From NCBI RefSeq assembly GCF_001194135.2, contig NC_068985.1, positions 96,446,490 to 96,510,489 of the forward strand: 64,000 nucleotides of DNA, in the 5' to 3' direction. Position numbers and translations under genes: made by a program. Positions 37,214-49,345 of the stretch are shown one piece after another. The DNA is from Octopus bimaculoides (lineage: Eukaryota). The notes beneath the pieces are model-generated. The model ran no database searches and was not told the DNA's origin. It saw only the letters and a program-made list of their open reading frames with translations. The first letter of the stretch is position 1. Each line of letters begins with the position of its first letter.

Positions 37214-37762
37214 ACATTGGGCCTCACCAAGGCAGTGACAAATGACCGAGACCTTTGGAGATGTGCTGTGCTTGAGAAGATCTGGCAAGCTAAGTGAGAC
37301 CATAACTGTGGCCTATGCCAGCCCATTTAAGAGTAGTACCCTTCAATCAATGGACAATAAACTATGCTTGCGAAGACCTGTTGAGGCAAGTGAAATCGCT
37401 GTCATTCGAGCATGATTGTTGCCAGGGCCTCTGACCTGGCTCCCGTGCCGGTGGCACATAAAAAAAAAAGTAACATTCGAGCGTGGTTGTTGCCAGTGCC
37501 GCTGGACTGGCTCCTGTGCAGGTGGCATGTAAAAGGCACCATTTGAGCGTGGCCGATGCCAGTAGCACCTGACTGGCCCTCGTGCCGGTGGCACGTAAAA
37601 GCATGCATTACACTCTCAGAGTGGTTGGCGTTTGGAAGGGCATCCAGCTGTAGAAACCTTTGCCAGATCAGATTGGAGACTGGTGCAGCCCACTGGCTTG
37701 CCAGTCCTCAGTCAAACCGTCCAACCCATGCCAGCATGGAAAGTGGACGTTGAATGATGAGG
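37214..37762 (+). mobile_element. 5'-truncated RTE-clade LINE: ORF C-terminus plus 3'UTR
   Basis: TLGLTKAVTNDRDLWRCAVLEKIWQAK* (stop 37295-37297) carries the DRxxWR motif typical of RTE ORF ends, followed by the family C tandem units and a GAT tail. Confidence 0.75.
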
Positions 37763-39312
37763 ATTTTTCTATTCTTGCCGGGGTTAAATGGAATTTGCTG
37801 AGGCAAATTTTGTACAGCTAGGTGCCCTTCCTGTGGCCAACATTCATTTATTATGAGAATATTTCCCCCGTGGGCATGTATGTTTTAACAGATAACATAA
37901 CTGGCACTCTGTCAAATTACAACAACAAGGGTTCAAGTTGATTGGATCAATGGAATAGCTTGCAAGTGAAATTAACATGCAAGTGGCTGAGCACTCCATA
38001 GACACTCATACCTTTAATGTAGTTCTCAGGGAGATTCAACATGACACAGGATTTAACAAGGCTGGCCCTTTGAAATACAGGTACAACTCATTTTTGTGAA
38101 CTGGAGCAACATGAAATAAAGTGTCTTGACCAAGGACACAAGATGCTGCTGGGAATTGAACTCATGAGCTGGCTACCCTAACCACCAAGCCACCTGCCTT
38201 CACAGAAGACTAGAAACAAATGACCCTGCTTGTATGATGGTGATACTCATTTACAGCTATCATGTGATGATGACAAGGACAAGGAGACACGTACAATACA
38301 TGACAGGATTCTTTCAGTTTCCATACACCAAATCACTCACAAGGCTTCGGTTAGTCTAGCACAAGACACCTGAGTTGCCATGCAGTAGGACTGAACCGGA
38401 AACCATATGGTTCACAAGCGAACATCTTAGCTACACAGCTATGCCTCTGCGTGTGCGTGCATGTGTGTAAGTCCGTGTTTGTCTCGCCATATTCGACAAC
38501 CAGTGTCGGTTAACGTTCCTGTAACTTAGCAGTTTGGCAAATAGAAAACAATAAAATAAGTACCAGACTTATAGACAAGTACTCGAGTTGGTTCCATCGA
38601 TCAAATCCTTTAAAGAAGTGCTCCAGCATAGCCACAGTGCAATGACGGAAACCGATGAGAGTAAATGAATTCACACAAGACACACACTTTACAAATTACA
38701 CTTTCCATGGAAACATAATACCAGACACAGAACTGTCTCTAGCCTCTCTGTATTCCAAGGTACACTGGGGGTAATTATGGTGGGTGGGGGGAGTGGGGAA
38801 GACACAATAGCAGAGACCTTTACCAGAAAGATAGTTAATGGCAGCTAGAGACAGACTTACAACAATAAGTGTGTGTATATATGTGGGTGTGAGTGTCTGT
38901 ATGCGAGTGCGTACGAGGGGGGAGAGAGAGGTATGCTTCTTTGACATTTTATCAAAATTTCACCTTCACCGCACTCCACTGCACACCCATTCATGAGCCA
39001 CCTCCATTATTTGTTTTCCACAGTGTGTGTGTGTGCATGCGCACATGCAATGCTGCATAGCTTCAATAAGATATGCGCCATCAACTTGCAAGCAACAAAC
39101 ACTATAACCACCACCACCACCACCACAATTGCTTACAAATTACTACTACTACTACTACTGACACTACTACCATCTCTGCTGCTGCTGCTGCTGCTACTAC
39201 TACTACCACTAGTCAGTGCCATATCTACAGTATGTGTGTGTATATTACACATACACTACAAATGTCATCACTGTTACTATTGGTACTGATACTAGTATTA
39301 GTAGCAGTAGTA

Positions 39313-39344
<32 letters not shown>

Positions 39345-39524
39345 CCTTTCTACTGTAGGTATGAGGCCTGACATTTTTTTTGGAGAGGGGACCAGATGAT
39401 TACATTGACCCCAGCACTCAACTGGTACTTATTTTATCAACCCTGAAAGGATGAAGGGTAAAGTTGACCTCAACAGGATTTGAAAAATAATAATAATAAT
39501 AATAATGATAATAATAATAATAAC

Positions 39525-39567
39525 AACATTCAGACTAACAGAGTAATAGAAGCTAGAAGGCCTGATT

Positions 39568-39645
<78 letters not shown>

Positions 39646-40025
39646 GTAAAGAGAATAGAAAATGCCAGATAATTGACTTTATAGTCCCAAATGATGGAAA
39701 AAATTCAGTAGGAGAGGTCTAGAAAAAATAGCAAAGTACCAGGACCTAGAGATTGAATTACAGAGACTGTGGAAAGTGTGGGTAAAATGTATCCCTGTAG
39801 TTAAAGGTGCATTGGGAACTATTCCTAAAGATCTGAATAGATGGATAGAGGAAATAGGCATAAAAAACCAGTTTAGTATAGCTTCAGAAAATGGTGTTAT
39901 TAGGGATAGCTAGGATACTTAGAAGGGTTCTTGGCATCTAAGGTTACTTGTTGTGGCCTGATGTTATGATCTTTTTCTTTTGCAACAGTCTAATCTGTTG
40001 TGTGTATATGAATAATAATAATAAT
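39525..40025 (+). mobile_element. Decayed R4/Dong-clade non-LTR retrotransposon 3' end (restriction-like endonuclease)
   Basis: NIQTNRVIEARRPDL(V25)GKENRKCQIIDFIVPND..[fs]EKIAKYQDLEIELQRLWKV..IPVVKGALGTIPKDL..[fs]LQKMVLLGIARILRRVLGI* (stop 39939-39941); (AAT)n on both sides. Confidence 0.85.
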
Positions 40026-40245
40026 TTTTTTTTTTTCTACTCTAGGTACAAGGCCTGAAATTTTGGGGGAGAGAGCAAGTTAATTAGATTGATCCCAGTA
40101 TGCAACTGGTATTTAAGTTATCAACCCCGAAAGGATGAAAAGCAAAGTTGACCTCGGTGGAATTTGAAGTCAGAACATAAAGACAGACAAATACTGCTAA
40201 GCATTTTGCCTGGCATGCTAACGTTTCTGCCAGCTTACCGCCTTG

Positions 40246-40280
<35 letters not shown>

Positions 40281-40281
<1 letters not shown>

Positions 40282-40640
40282 GCACTCAGAGAGTGCAAAC
40301 CTCCCCAAAGCAACACCAATGTCCTCTCAACGATTAGCTAGAGATGATTTTTAAAATGAGAATATCTGAAATAAACCTCTCTCACAAATGAGAATACTAA
40401 AACAAAACTGACCGCTCTCAAAAATGAAGTTAAAAGAATATATATAGGAGAAATAATCCAGAATCCTTGTCCAGTACTGGATTGAACCCAAAATCTAATC
40501 AGTTCGTGCCAGTCATGAGGGCAAACATCCCTTAAAATTTCATCTGAATCCATCCAGTGGTTTTTGTGATATCTTGTCCATGGACAAACAAACACGACTG
40601 AAAACAATATCTCTGTCTTAGCTAAGGCAGAGGTAATAAT
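40281..40640 (+). mobile_element. Helentron/HINE-like non-autonomous element
   Basis: Starts AGCACTCAGAGAGTGCAAACCTCC, contains AAAATTTCATCTGAATCCATCCAGTGG..GATATCTTG..ACAAACAAAC, and ends in hairpin ATCTCTGTCTT-AGCT-AAGGCAGAGGT (40609-40634). Confidence 0.55.
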
Positions 40641-40651
40641 AACAATAATAA

Positions 40652-40701
<50 letters not shown>

Positions 40702-40732
40702 ATAGTAGTAGTAGTAGTAGTAGTAGTAGTAA

Positions 40733-40792
<60 letters not shown>
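40652..40792. repeat. (AGT)n microsatellite, about 47 units
   Basis: Directly visible, with two AAT interruptions 30 bp apart. Confidence 0.97.
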
Positions 40793-41058
40793 CGATACCA
40801 GCTCCACAAATACTAGCTAATATCAGTCAAACTACATACTACAGTAACTTATGTGGTCTGCTCAAATTACTAGAAACATCAGCAAAATCTCCTTACAATC
40901 ACACCCTGCTCTCTATAATAAAGAATAATGGCACCAGTTATACACAATATCTGGAAATGCAGCAGATGGGAAGGTCACAGTTGGAAGGCGTTTTTGGTCA
41001 TAAGTCTGCTTGATGAAAGCTGACCTAGACCTAAGCCACAACAACAGCAAGACACCAT

Positions 41059-41089
<31 letters not shown>

Positions 41090-41447
41090 ATCATCAGGAT
41101 TAATTACAAGCCTCATACCACCACCACCGAAACAACCACTTACATTCCACCTACTACAGCCAGTACTAGTACCACCACCACAACCACAACCACAGCTACT
41201 ACCAAATTTTGTGATGTTTAACAAAAAGTGGGGGAAATTGCAAAGTAAAGTTGAACCAACCTTTGGCGAACTGCTGCCGTTTTTGGTAAGGATTTTCTAG
41301 AGAAAAAAAAGAAGGGGAAAATATATGAATATACACAATTCCACTATTAAATACATCTATATATACATATATACACACACCATTAAATACAACTGTATAT
41401 AAATATATATACACACACACCGTTAAAATACAAATGTATATATATAT

Positions 41448-41830
41448 ACTCTTTTACTTGTTTCAGTCATTTGACTGTGGCCATGCTGGAGCATCGCATT
41501 TAGTCGAGCAAATCGACCCCAGGATTTATTCTTTGTAAGCCTAGTACTTATTCTATCGGTCACTTTTGCCGAACCGCTAAGTCACGGGGACGTAAACACA
41601 CCAGCATCGATTGTCAAGCGACGTTGGGGGGGGGGGAACAAATACAGACACACAAACATATACACGACGGGCTTCTTTCAGTTTCCGTCTACCAGATCCA
41701 CTCACAAGACTTTGGTTGGCCCGAGTCTATAGTAGATAGTAGAAGACATTTGCCCAAGGCGCCACGCAGTGGGACTGAACTCAGAACCATGTGGTTCGTA
41801 AGCAAGCTACTTACCACACAACCACTCCTA
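41448..41830 (-). mobile_element. Full-length SINE family A copy
   Basis: Reverse complement of the family A consensus, high identity. Confidence 0.9.
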
Positions 41831-42455
41831 CGCCCATATAGATATATATTAGTGAATGTGTGTGTGTGTGTCTCCTTGTTCGGACATCGAGTAGTAGTCG
41901 TAAGTAGGATTCACCAATCATGCAAGTAGTGTAAAAGATCGTCGTAAATTTCAGTGAGATTTAGCTGTTATTTCTAGCATATTAACCGAGTTGTTTGAAA
42001 CTCTGCCGCCGGCTCACCACAATCAAATGTATCCCTCAATGAAATTAAATCGTAAGAGCGCTCTCTCTCCACCCTCATCCCCACGTACCCCCATCTCTGT
42101 CTCTCCCTCCCTCCCTTTCCACCATTGGATTCAGCGTGACATTTCATTCAAGTCTCTTCTAAGTACATTTACAGAATTGGTGAAATTGATACAACTGGGA
42201 ACAACTTTTTTTTTTAATCTTATTCCACCTTTTTTAAAAAATTTTACAGCGTTGCACACATAGTCATACAATCGCTTTAACAGTTTTACACACACTCACA
42301 CACACAGAGAATATGGTATATCTACTTATATTATTAATCTAATATCGTTTATACCATACACAGTCAATATACATACATATACACAGTTATACGTTTATTA
42401 AATCCTTAACTGTCTTAAACTATCAAATTAATACTTAACAGAAACACACACCATC

Positions 42456-42488
<33 letters not shown>

Positions 42489-43261
42489 NNNNNNNNNNNN
42501 NNNNNNNNNNNNNNNNNNNNNNNNNNNNNNNNNNNNNNNNNNNNNNNNNNNNNNNNNNNNNNNNNNNNNNNNNNNNNNNNNNNNNNNNNNNNNNNNNNNN
42601 NNNNNNNNNNNNNNNNNNNNNNNNNNNNNNNNNNNNNNNNNNNNNNNNNNNNNNNNNNNNNNNNNNGGGGGGGGGTTGATAGTGGTAGCAAGTCTCTTTA
42701 TAACGACCGAGGTATATTTATGAATGACAACAGATTTTAAGGCAAAGCGACTTTCTCAAGCGTAAGATTGGAGAAATATTTCAATGAAAACCTCTCGAAA
42801 GCAAACAATTGAAAACAAAACAACAAAAAATATTTGTTTGTTTTCTTTTTTATCCCCCCACCTCCATAAAAGTGTACCTTTGTGAGTGTACAAACAAGAA
42901 AGATTTTTATGTTGGATGGAATAAACATTACGAGTCGCTTTTTTTTGTCAATGAGAACGGCAAAAAACTGGTTTTTATTCGACTTTTCATCCCCACCCCA
43001 TCTATAACAATCATCATCATCATCATCATCATTACCATTATCATTAAGACGGCAAGCTGGTAGATCGTTCAGCACGCCGAGCAAAATGCTTAGTGACATT
43101 TCGTCAGTCTTTACGTTCTGAGTTCAAATTCCGCCGAGGTCGACTTCACCTTTCATCCTTTCGTGGTTAATAGAATAAGTACCAGTTGAACACGAGGTCG
43201 ATGTAATCGACTAGTACCCCCGCCAAAAAAAATTTCAGGCCTTGTGCCTATAGTAGAAAGG

Positions 43262-43788
43262 ATTATTATTATTATTGTTGAGTGAGAGAGCAGTGCATGC
43301 TATCAAAAGGACACTTGGGTAAAATATACGAAGCCCATTATACCCATCATGACTACTCGTCTGATAAGGGTACACCAGGCACATGCATCACAACCATATG
43401 TGCGCGACGTGGTGATCTCATATCAAGATAAACAGCGCATGAACTCGCAGGTGGGGCTCAGTTGGAATTTTCTTCAGGTCGAGTAGCCCATTTGTTTAAG
43501 GATGTTGAACAAAACACCCATGTTTCCAAAGGTAAATTATTCAAGCCCTAAAGAATTCCTCTCGACACAAGACTATGATGCTCCCCCACTACTTCTGCTC
43601 ATGATCAGAGATGCACATATCGTCAGCCACCAAGGGACATGCTCATCTGGTTAAGGTCAAACAACTGACAAGCAAATCTGTGGTATTGAGCAGAATATTT
43701 GCTGAAGCCCATCTTTTGTACCAAGACAAAACAATGTACATGATAACACTTCTAATCAGTTAAGATCAGAAGCCATGAGAGCCACTGG
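43262..43788 (-). mobile_element. Family E retroposon copy
   Basis: Reverse complement of 30611-31162; shares its (TAT)n with the tail of SINE B at 43046-43270. Confidence 0.75.
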
Positions 43789-44796
43789 TGGCATGTTGGC
43801 CATAATTCTTAGCGACATTTCCAGCAGAGTTCAACTTTGCCTTTTTATTCTTACTGGGTTGATAAAATAATTTTCGTTTAAAAATGAAAGGCCTAGAAAA
43901 CTGTAAGGAATAACTGCGTTGGGGTGTGTGCCTTTTGAGTAAATCTGGCTGCAATTTCTAGCAGTCAACTCGATATTACTACTACTGCTGCTGCTATGGT
44001 CGTAGTGATTTTGAAATGTGAATAAAAGGTGTGTGTGTGTGAGGAAAAAGGAAGTTCAATGGAATATTTTACGCGGACTAGAACCCACAGCCATTGTATT
44101 TGCTGCAATAAATGAAACAGCAAAATGGGTGGTGGATATTTAGGTTAGCTGTGAATAGTTGGTTGGTAGGAATGTAGATGTGTATGGGTAGAGATGTGGG
44201 TATGTGTGTGTATGCGTGACAGTGGCCCGCCAACTGCACGCCTGATTAAACGCAGACAAGGTTGTTTTTTTTTCTCAATGAAACAAGAAGAAACATGTAA
44301 CACGAACAACACAGTGTGTGTGTATAATTATTTAGTAAACACTGAATGTAAATGTGAGCTACTATAAGTTTCATGTCCAACTTGCATAACTTGCCGTATA
44401 CTACACTCGACCATGAAACTTACAGTAGCTCACGTAGTCATATATTTAAGCCGCAAGGACAAAATAACACACTCGTACATACAAATTACACAGCTATCCA
44501 CCCACATCCATATATACACACAAATACATATTTATATATGCGCACTTTAAACAAAGATTCAAGCAGTTATATAGAATAACATCTTCTTCGACCGAGTAAG
44601 TGCTATAAACATATTTTTTTTATTATCCTGTACTTGTTTTCAGTCATTTGACTGCGGCCATAATGGAGCACCGCCGCGAAGAGTTTTAGTCGAATAAATC
44701 GACCACAGGACTTTTTGGTCTTATTTCTTTCTCATTCACTGAACTGCTAAAGTTATGGGGACGTAAACAAACCAACACACACATCTACTAAATGCG

Positions 44797-45165
44797 CTGG
44801 CTGTGTGGTAAAGTAGCTTGCTTAACCAACCACATGGTTCCAGGTTCAGTCCCACTGTGTGGCACCTTGGGCAAGTGTCTTCTACTATAGCCTTGGGCTG
44901 ATCAAAGCCTTGTGAGTGGATTTGGTAGACGGAAACTGAAAGAAGCCCGTCGTATGTATTATATATGTGTGTGTGTGTGTGTCCCAACATCGCTTGACAT
45001 CGATTGCTGGTGTGTTTACGTCCCTGTAACTTAGCGGTTCGGCAAAAGATCCCGATAGAATAAGTACTAGGCTTACAAAGAATAAGTCCTGGGGTTGATT
45101 TTCTCGACTAAAGGCAGTGCTCCAGCATGGCCGCAGTCAAAATGACTGAAACGAATAAAAGAATA
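44797..45165 (+). mobile_element. Full-length SINE family A copy, preceded by an inverted 3' fragment (44630-44790)
   Basis: A/B boxes, CCTTGGGCAAGTG and the standard 3' end. Confidence 0.9.
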
Positions 45166-46420
45166 AGAATATATATATATGTATATACCATACATATATA
45201 TATACATATTGTATATACATATATACATAATATACATTACACATATACATATATATACGCGCGCGTGCGCACATGTACATCTGTGTAGGTGTGATGTGTA
45301 CGTACGTCTGTGTAGATAGACGTGTGTGTGCGTGTGTGTATATGAACATATATATACACAGCAACCAAATGATACATCATATTATTACACACACACACTT
45401 TTCTAATGCGGAAAGTAGGTTAGTTAGAGAGAGGGAGGAAGATGGCGGGGGAGAGGAGGAGGAGAAGGAGTATATAAAGCCAGCGTTTATAAGTTGAATG
45501 GGTGCGAATTGAAAGGAACGTAGTTGTCAATCTTAGAGCAGAGACCGAGAAAGAGAAGAAGAGAGTAATAGAAATATATATATAATATATATAGAGAGAA
45601 AGGTGGGGAGTAGTTGTAGTTACGATATGAGAGTGAGTGAATGAGAGCAAGCCACTTGTTCATTGACACACATGTGAAAAGATAAAGAGAACAGCGAACG
45701 ACTGTCATTTTATTTTACTCCAAGTAACGCCCCTCCATTCATCTTTCGACCCCACGGACTAGGAAATGAAACAAAATAAATGAAAAAAATATAGTATATG
45801 ACAAGAAGAATAAAAGAAAATAATAATGCAAAAAAAAAAAATCTCAGTGCCATATATGGTAGAAGGCGGAGCGAAAAGACACGCCTCCTTCATTCATTTA
45901 GCCTTATTTTTTTTTTAATAAATGTTCCATATAAAACAGCAAGGAGTCTTTCTCCCCCATTCAACTTTCATCCCAACATCACCGAGACACGGGTCAGTGA
46001 ATGGACTACAGGTTTGCGAGAGGAAGAACTTACACACACAAGCCTTTCCAGCAGGCATAATCGTTAAACCTCGGACAAAAATTTATTTGTTTTTGTTATT
46101 TGTTCCGGCTCTTTACATTCAGAGTTCAAATCCCGCCGAGGCCAGCCCTATCTTTCATCCTTCCGGGGTCAATAAAATAAAGGGACAAGTCAAATACTAG
46201 GGTCGAAGTAATCGACTTTCCTCCTTCTCCACAATCTGATGGCGCCAAAATTATTATTATTATTATTTTCATCATCATCAAGGCAATGACGTGCTGGCAA
46301 AGCACATGGTTCTGGGTTCAGTCCCACTGCGTGGCACCTTCGGGAAGTGTCTTCTATAGCCTCGGGCCGACCAAAGCCTTGTGAGTGGATTTGGCAGACG
46401 GAAACTGAAAGAAGCCCATC

Positions 46421-46456
<36 letters not shown>

Positions 46457-47885
46457 NNNNNNNNNNNNNNNNNNNNNNNNNNNNNNNNNNNNNNNNNNNN
46501 NNNNNNNNNNNNNNNNNNNNNNNNNNNNNNNNNNNNNNNNNNNNNNNNNNNNNNNNNNNNNNNNNNNNNNNNNNNNNNNNNNNNNNNNNNNNNNNNNNNN
46601 NNNNNNNNNNNNNNNNNNNNNNNNNNNNNNNNNNNNNNNNNNNNNNNNNNNNNNNNNNNNNNNNNNNNNNNNNNNNNNNNNNNNNNNNNNNNNNNNNNNN
46701 NNNNNNNNNNNNNNNNNNNNNNNNNNNNNNNNNNNNNNNNNNNNNNNNNNNNNNNNNNNNNNNNNNNNNNNNNNNNNNNNNNNNNNNNNNNNNNNNNNNN
46801 NNNNNNNNNNNNNNNNNNNNNNNNNNNNNNNNNNNNNNNNNNNNNNNNNNNNNNNNNNNNNNNNNNNNNNNNNNNNNNNNNNNNNNNNNNNNNNNNNNNN
46901 NNNNNNNNNNNNNNNNNNNNNNNNNNNNNNNNNNNNNNNNNNNNNNNNNNNNNNNNNNNNNNNNNNNNNNNNNNNNNNNNNNNNNNNNNNNNNNNNNNNN
47001 NNNNNNNNNNNNNNNNNNNNNNNNNNNNNNNNNNNNNNNNNNNNNNNNNNNNNNNNNNNNNNNNNNNNNNNNNNNNNNNNNNNNNNNNNNNNNNNNNNNN
47101 NNNNNAATACGTACGCTTGTGTATTCATTATAAAAAAAGAGAAAAACGTTGAGTAAGCCAAAGCAGCCCCCCCCCCCAATTATTAAAGCCGAAATCTTCA
47201 GACTATTCGACTTTATACAAAACAGTTCATCAAAATGCTTGGGCGTGGCTGTATGGTAAGGCGGCTTGCTTTCCAACCACATGGTCCAGGGTTCAGTCCC
47301 ACACCGCGGCACCTCGGGCAAGTGTCTTCTGCTATAGCCTTGGGCCGACCAAAGCCTTGTGATGAGTGGATTTGGAAGGCGGGAACTTTTATTTTTTTAC
47401 TTGTTTCAGTCATTCTGACTGCGGCCATGCTGGAGCACCGCGTTTAGTCGAACAAGTCGACCCCAACGTAGCTATGCAAAAAGAGCAATAACACTATTTT
47501 GAGAAGGAGAGAGATAGAGAGAGAGAAATAGACATAAAAGAGAGTGAGAGGAAGAGAAAGAGGAACAGAGAGGGAGGAAGGGGGAAAACAGGTCGTGAGA
47601 GATTAAGTAGGAAGGGGAGGTGGAGTAGCCTGTGTCAAGCTGACAGAAGTTGTTTTTACGAAATAGTTTAAGAGCGTCGTTGATTATAAAGAAAAAAGGC
47701 TTTGTGGAGAAAATACTTTTAATGTTTGAAAAACTTATGAATGAAAGAATTTGAAACGAGTTGAGAAAAATAGAATGTGTGTGTGTGATATAAAGAATAT
47801 ATGATTTATGTACACACATATATATATAAACATTGTTTTTTCTTTATGCTCTAAGTAAATATATATATATATATATATATATATT

Positions 47886-48595
47886 CTGGCCATGCTGGAG
47901 CACCGCCTTTAGTCGAATCAAATCGACCCCAGGACTTATTCTTTGTAAGCCTAGTACTTATTCTATCGGTCTCTTTTTGCCGAACCGCTAAGTTACGGGG
48001 ACCTAAAACACACCAGCATCGGTTGTCAAGCGATGTTGGGGGAACAAACACAGATACACAACACACACATATACATATATACGACGGACTTCTTTCAGTT
48101 TCCGTCTACCAAATCCACTCACAAGGCTTTGGTCGGCCCGAGGCTATAGCAGAAGACACTTGCCCAAGGTGCCACGCAGTGGGACTGAACCCGGAACCAT
48201 GTGGTTGGTAAGCAAGCTACTTACCACACAGCCGGGTTCAGTCCCACTGCGTTGGCACCTTGGGCAAGTGTCTTCTACTATAGCGNNNNNNNNNNNNNGG
48301 GGGACAAACACAGATACACAACACACACATATACATATATACGACGGACTTCTTTCAGTTTCCGTCTACCAAATCCACTCACAAGGCTTTGGTCGGCCCG
48401 AGGCTATAGCAGAAGACACTTGCCCAAGGTGCCACGCAGTGGGACTGAACCCGGAACCATGTGGTTGGTAAGCAAGCTACTTACCACACAGCCGGGTTCA
48501 GTCCCACTGCGTTGGCACCTTGGGCAAGTGTCTTCTACTATAGCGTCGGCCCGATCAAAGCCTTGTGAGTGGATTTGGTAGACGTGAAAGAAGGC
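47886..48595. mobile_element. SINE family A (minus) fused head-to-head to a 5'-truncated plus copy; duplicated across a 13-N gap
   Basis: The junction CTTACCACACAGCC|GGGTTCAGTCCCACTGCG appears twice (about 48232 and 48492) in essentially identical context. Confidence 0.8.
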
Positions 48596-48727
48596 CGTCA
48601 TATATATAATATGTTACCCCAGTGTCACTTTGATGGCATGCACTGCTCTCCCACTCAATAATAATAATTATAAATAATAATGATATGTGAATAATGAATG
48701 TTTTGTGTTGTTTAATTTTCAGGCTAC

Positions 48728-48803
48728 CGGGAAAAACTTTCAGTGTACACGTGTCTACCAAAAGTTCAGTCGAAGTTTTTAATGTTTCGCCACAATTGGA
48801 CAT
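48728..48803 (-). CDS. ETS1: Probable first coding exon of the ETS1/2-like gene (MSNCGETLKTSTELLVDTCTLKVFP)
   Basis: ATG has A at -3 and an in-frame upstream stop. The phase-1 donor CCCG|GTAGCC (weak) joins in frame to 34623, giving ...VFP-D (compare ETS1 ...LFPSP-D). No minus-strand ATG occurs in the 450 nt upstream (48804-49254). Confidence 0.55.
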
Positions 48804-49224
48804 TTATTCTAATAGATAATCTGTGTGTGTGTGTTAGGTGGGGAATGAGGGTTGTGGGACTTGTGATATTGAGAGGAGGCGGAAGAATTGGAGGAAAGCT
48901 ATGGGTGGTGTGTGCTTGCTGACTAATTTGATGAGCAAAACACGACGACCGTAGCTATTCAAATACGGGTAACTGGTAACGTTTGTAATTTGTGTAACGA
49001 CGATAGTTATGATGATGATGATGATAATAATAATAATAATGGAGATGTTGCTGATGGTGGTGGTGACGGAGGCTGCTGCAGATGACTAACACGATAAAAT
49101 AACAAATTCGATAACCCAGCACCGAGTGCCGCAGATGAGAAACCTTCAACACGTGCCAACTTGGAAATATTATTCAAATTTTTTGACGAAACAGAAACTC
49201 TTTTAATCCAGTCGGAAAAATCAA

Positions 49225-49345
49225 CAAGCAACAATGGCGGCGATCTACTCTGACCATATTGTTCAAAATGGCGGATACAACTTCAGTCAGGCCATCTCCC
49301 CCACTCTCTTTCACTCTCTCAGCCACAGCAATCTCCCCGCCTCTC
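49225..49345 (-). promoter_or_regulatory. Candidate ETS-gene promoter/5'UTR start: GC box plus two YY1-like motifs
   Basis: AGGCGGGGAG (minus) at 49342-49333; ATGGCGG cores at 49231-49242 and 49265-49274; unique, CpG-containing sequence upstream of the candidate first exon. Confidence 0.4.

Noticed and set aside
40618-40809. Poly-Tyr / poly-Leu ORFs
   Set aside because: Translation of (AGT)n; no splice or domain context.
48299-48545. Second identical SINE-junction copy as a real tandem duplication
   Set aside because: Essentially identical sequence on both sides of a 13-N gap is typical of unmerged contig overlap.
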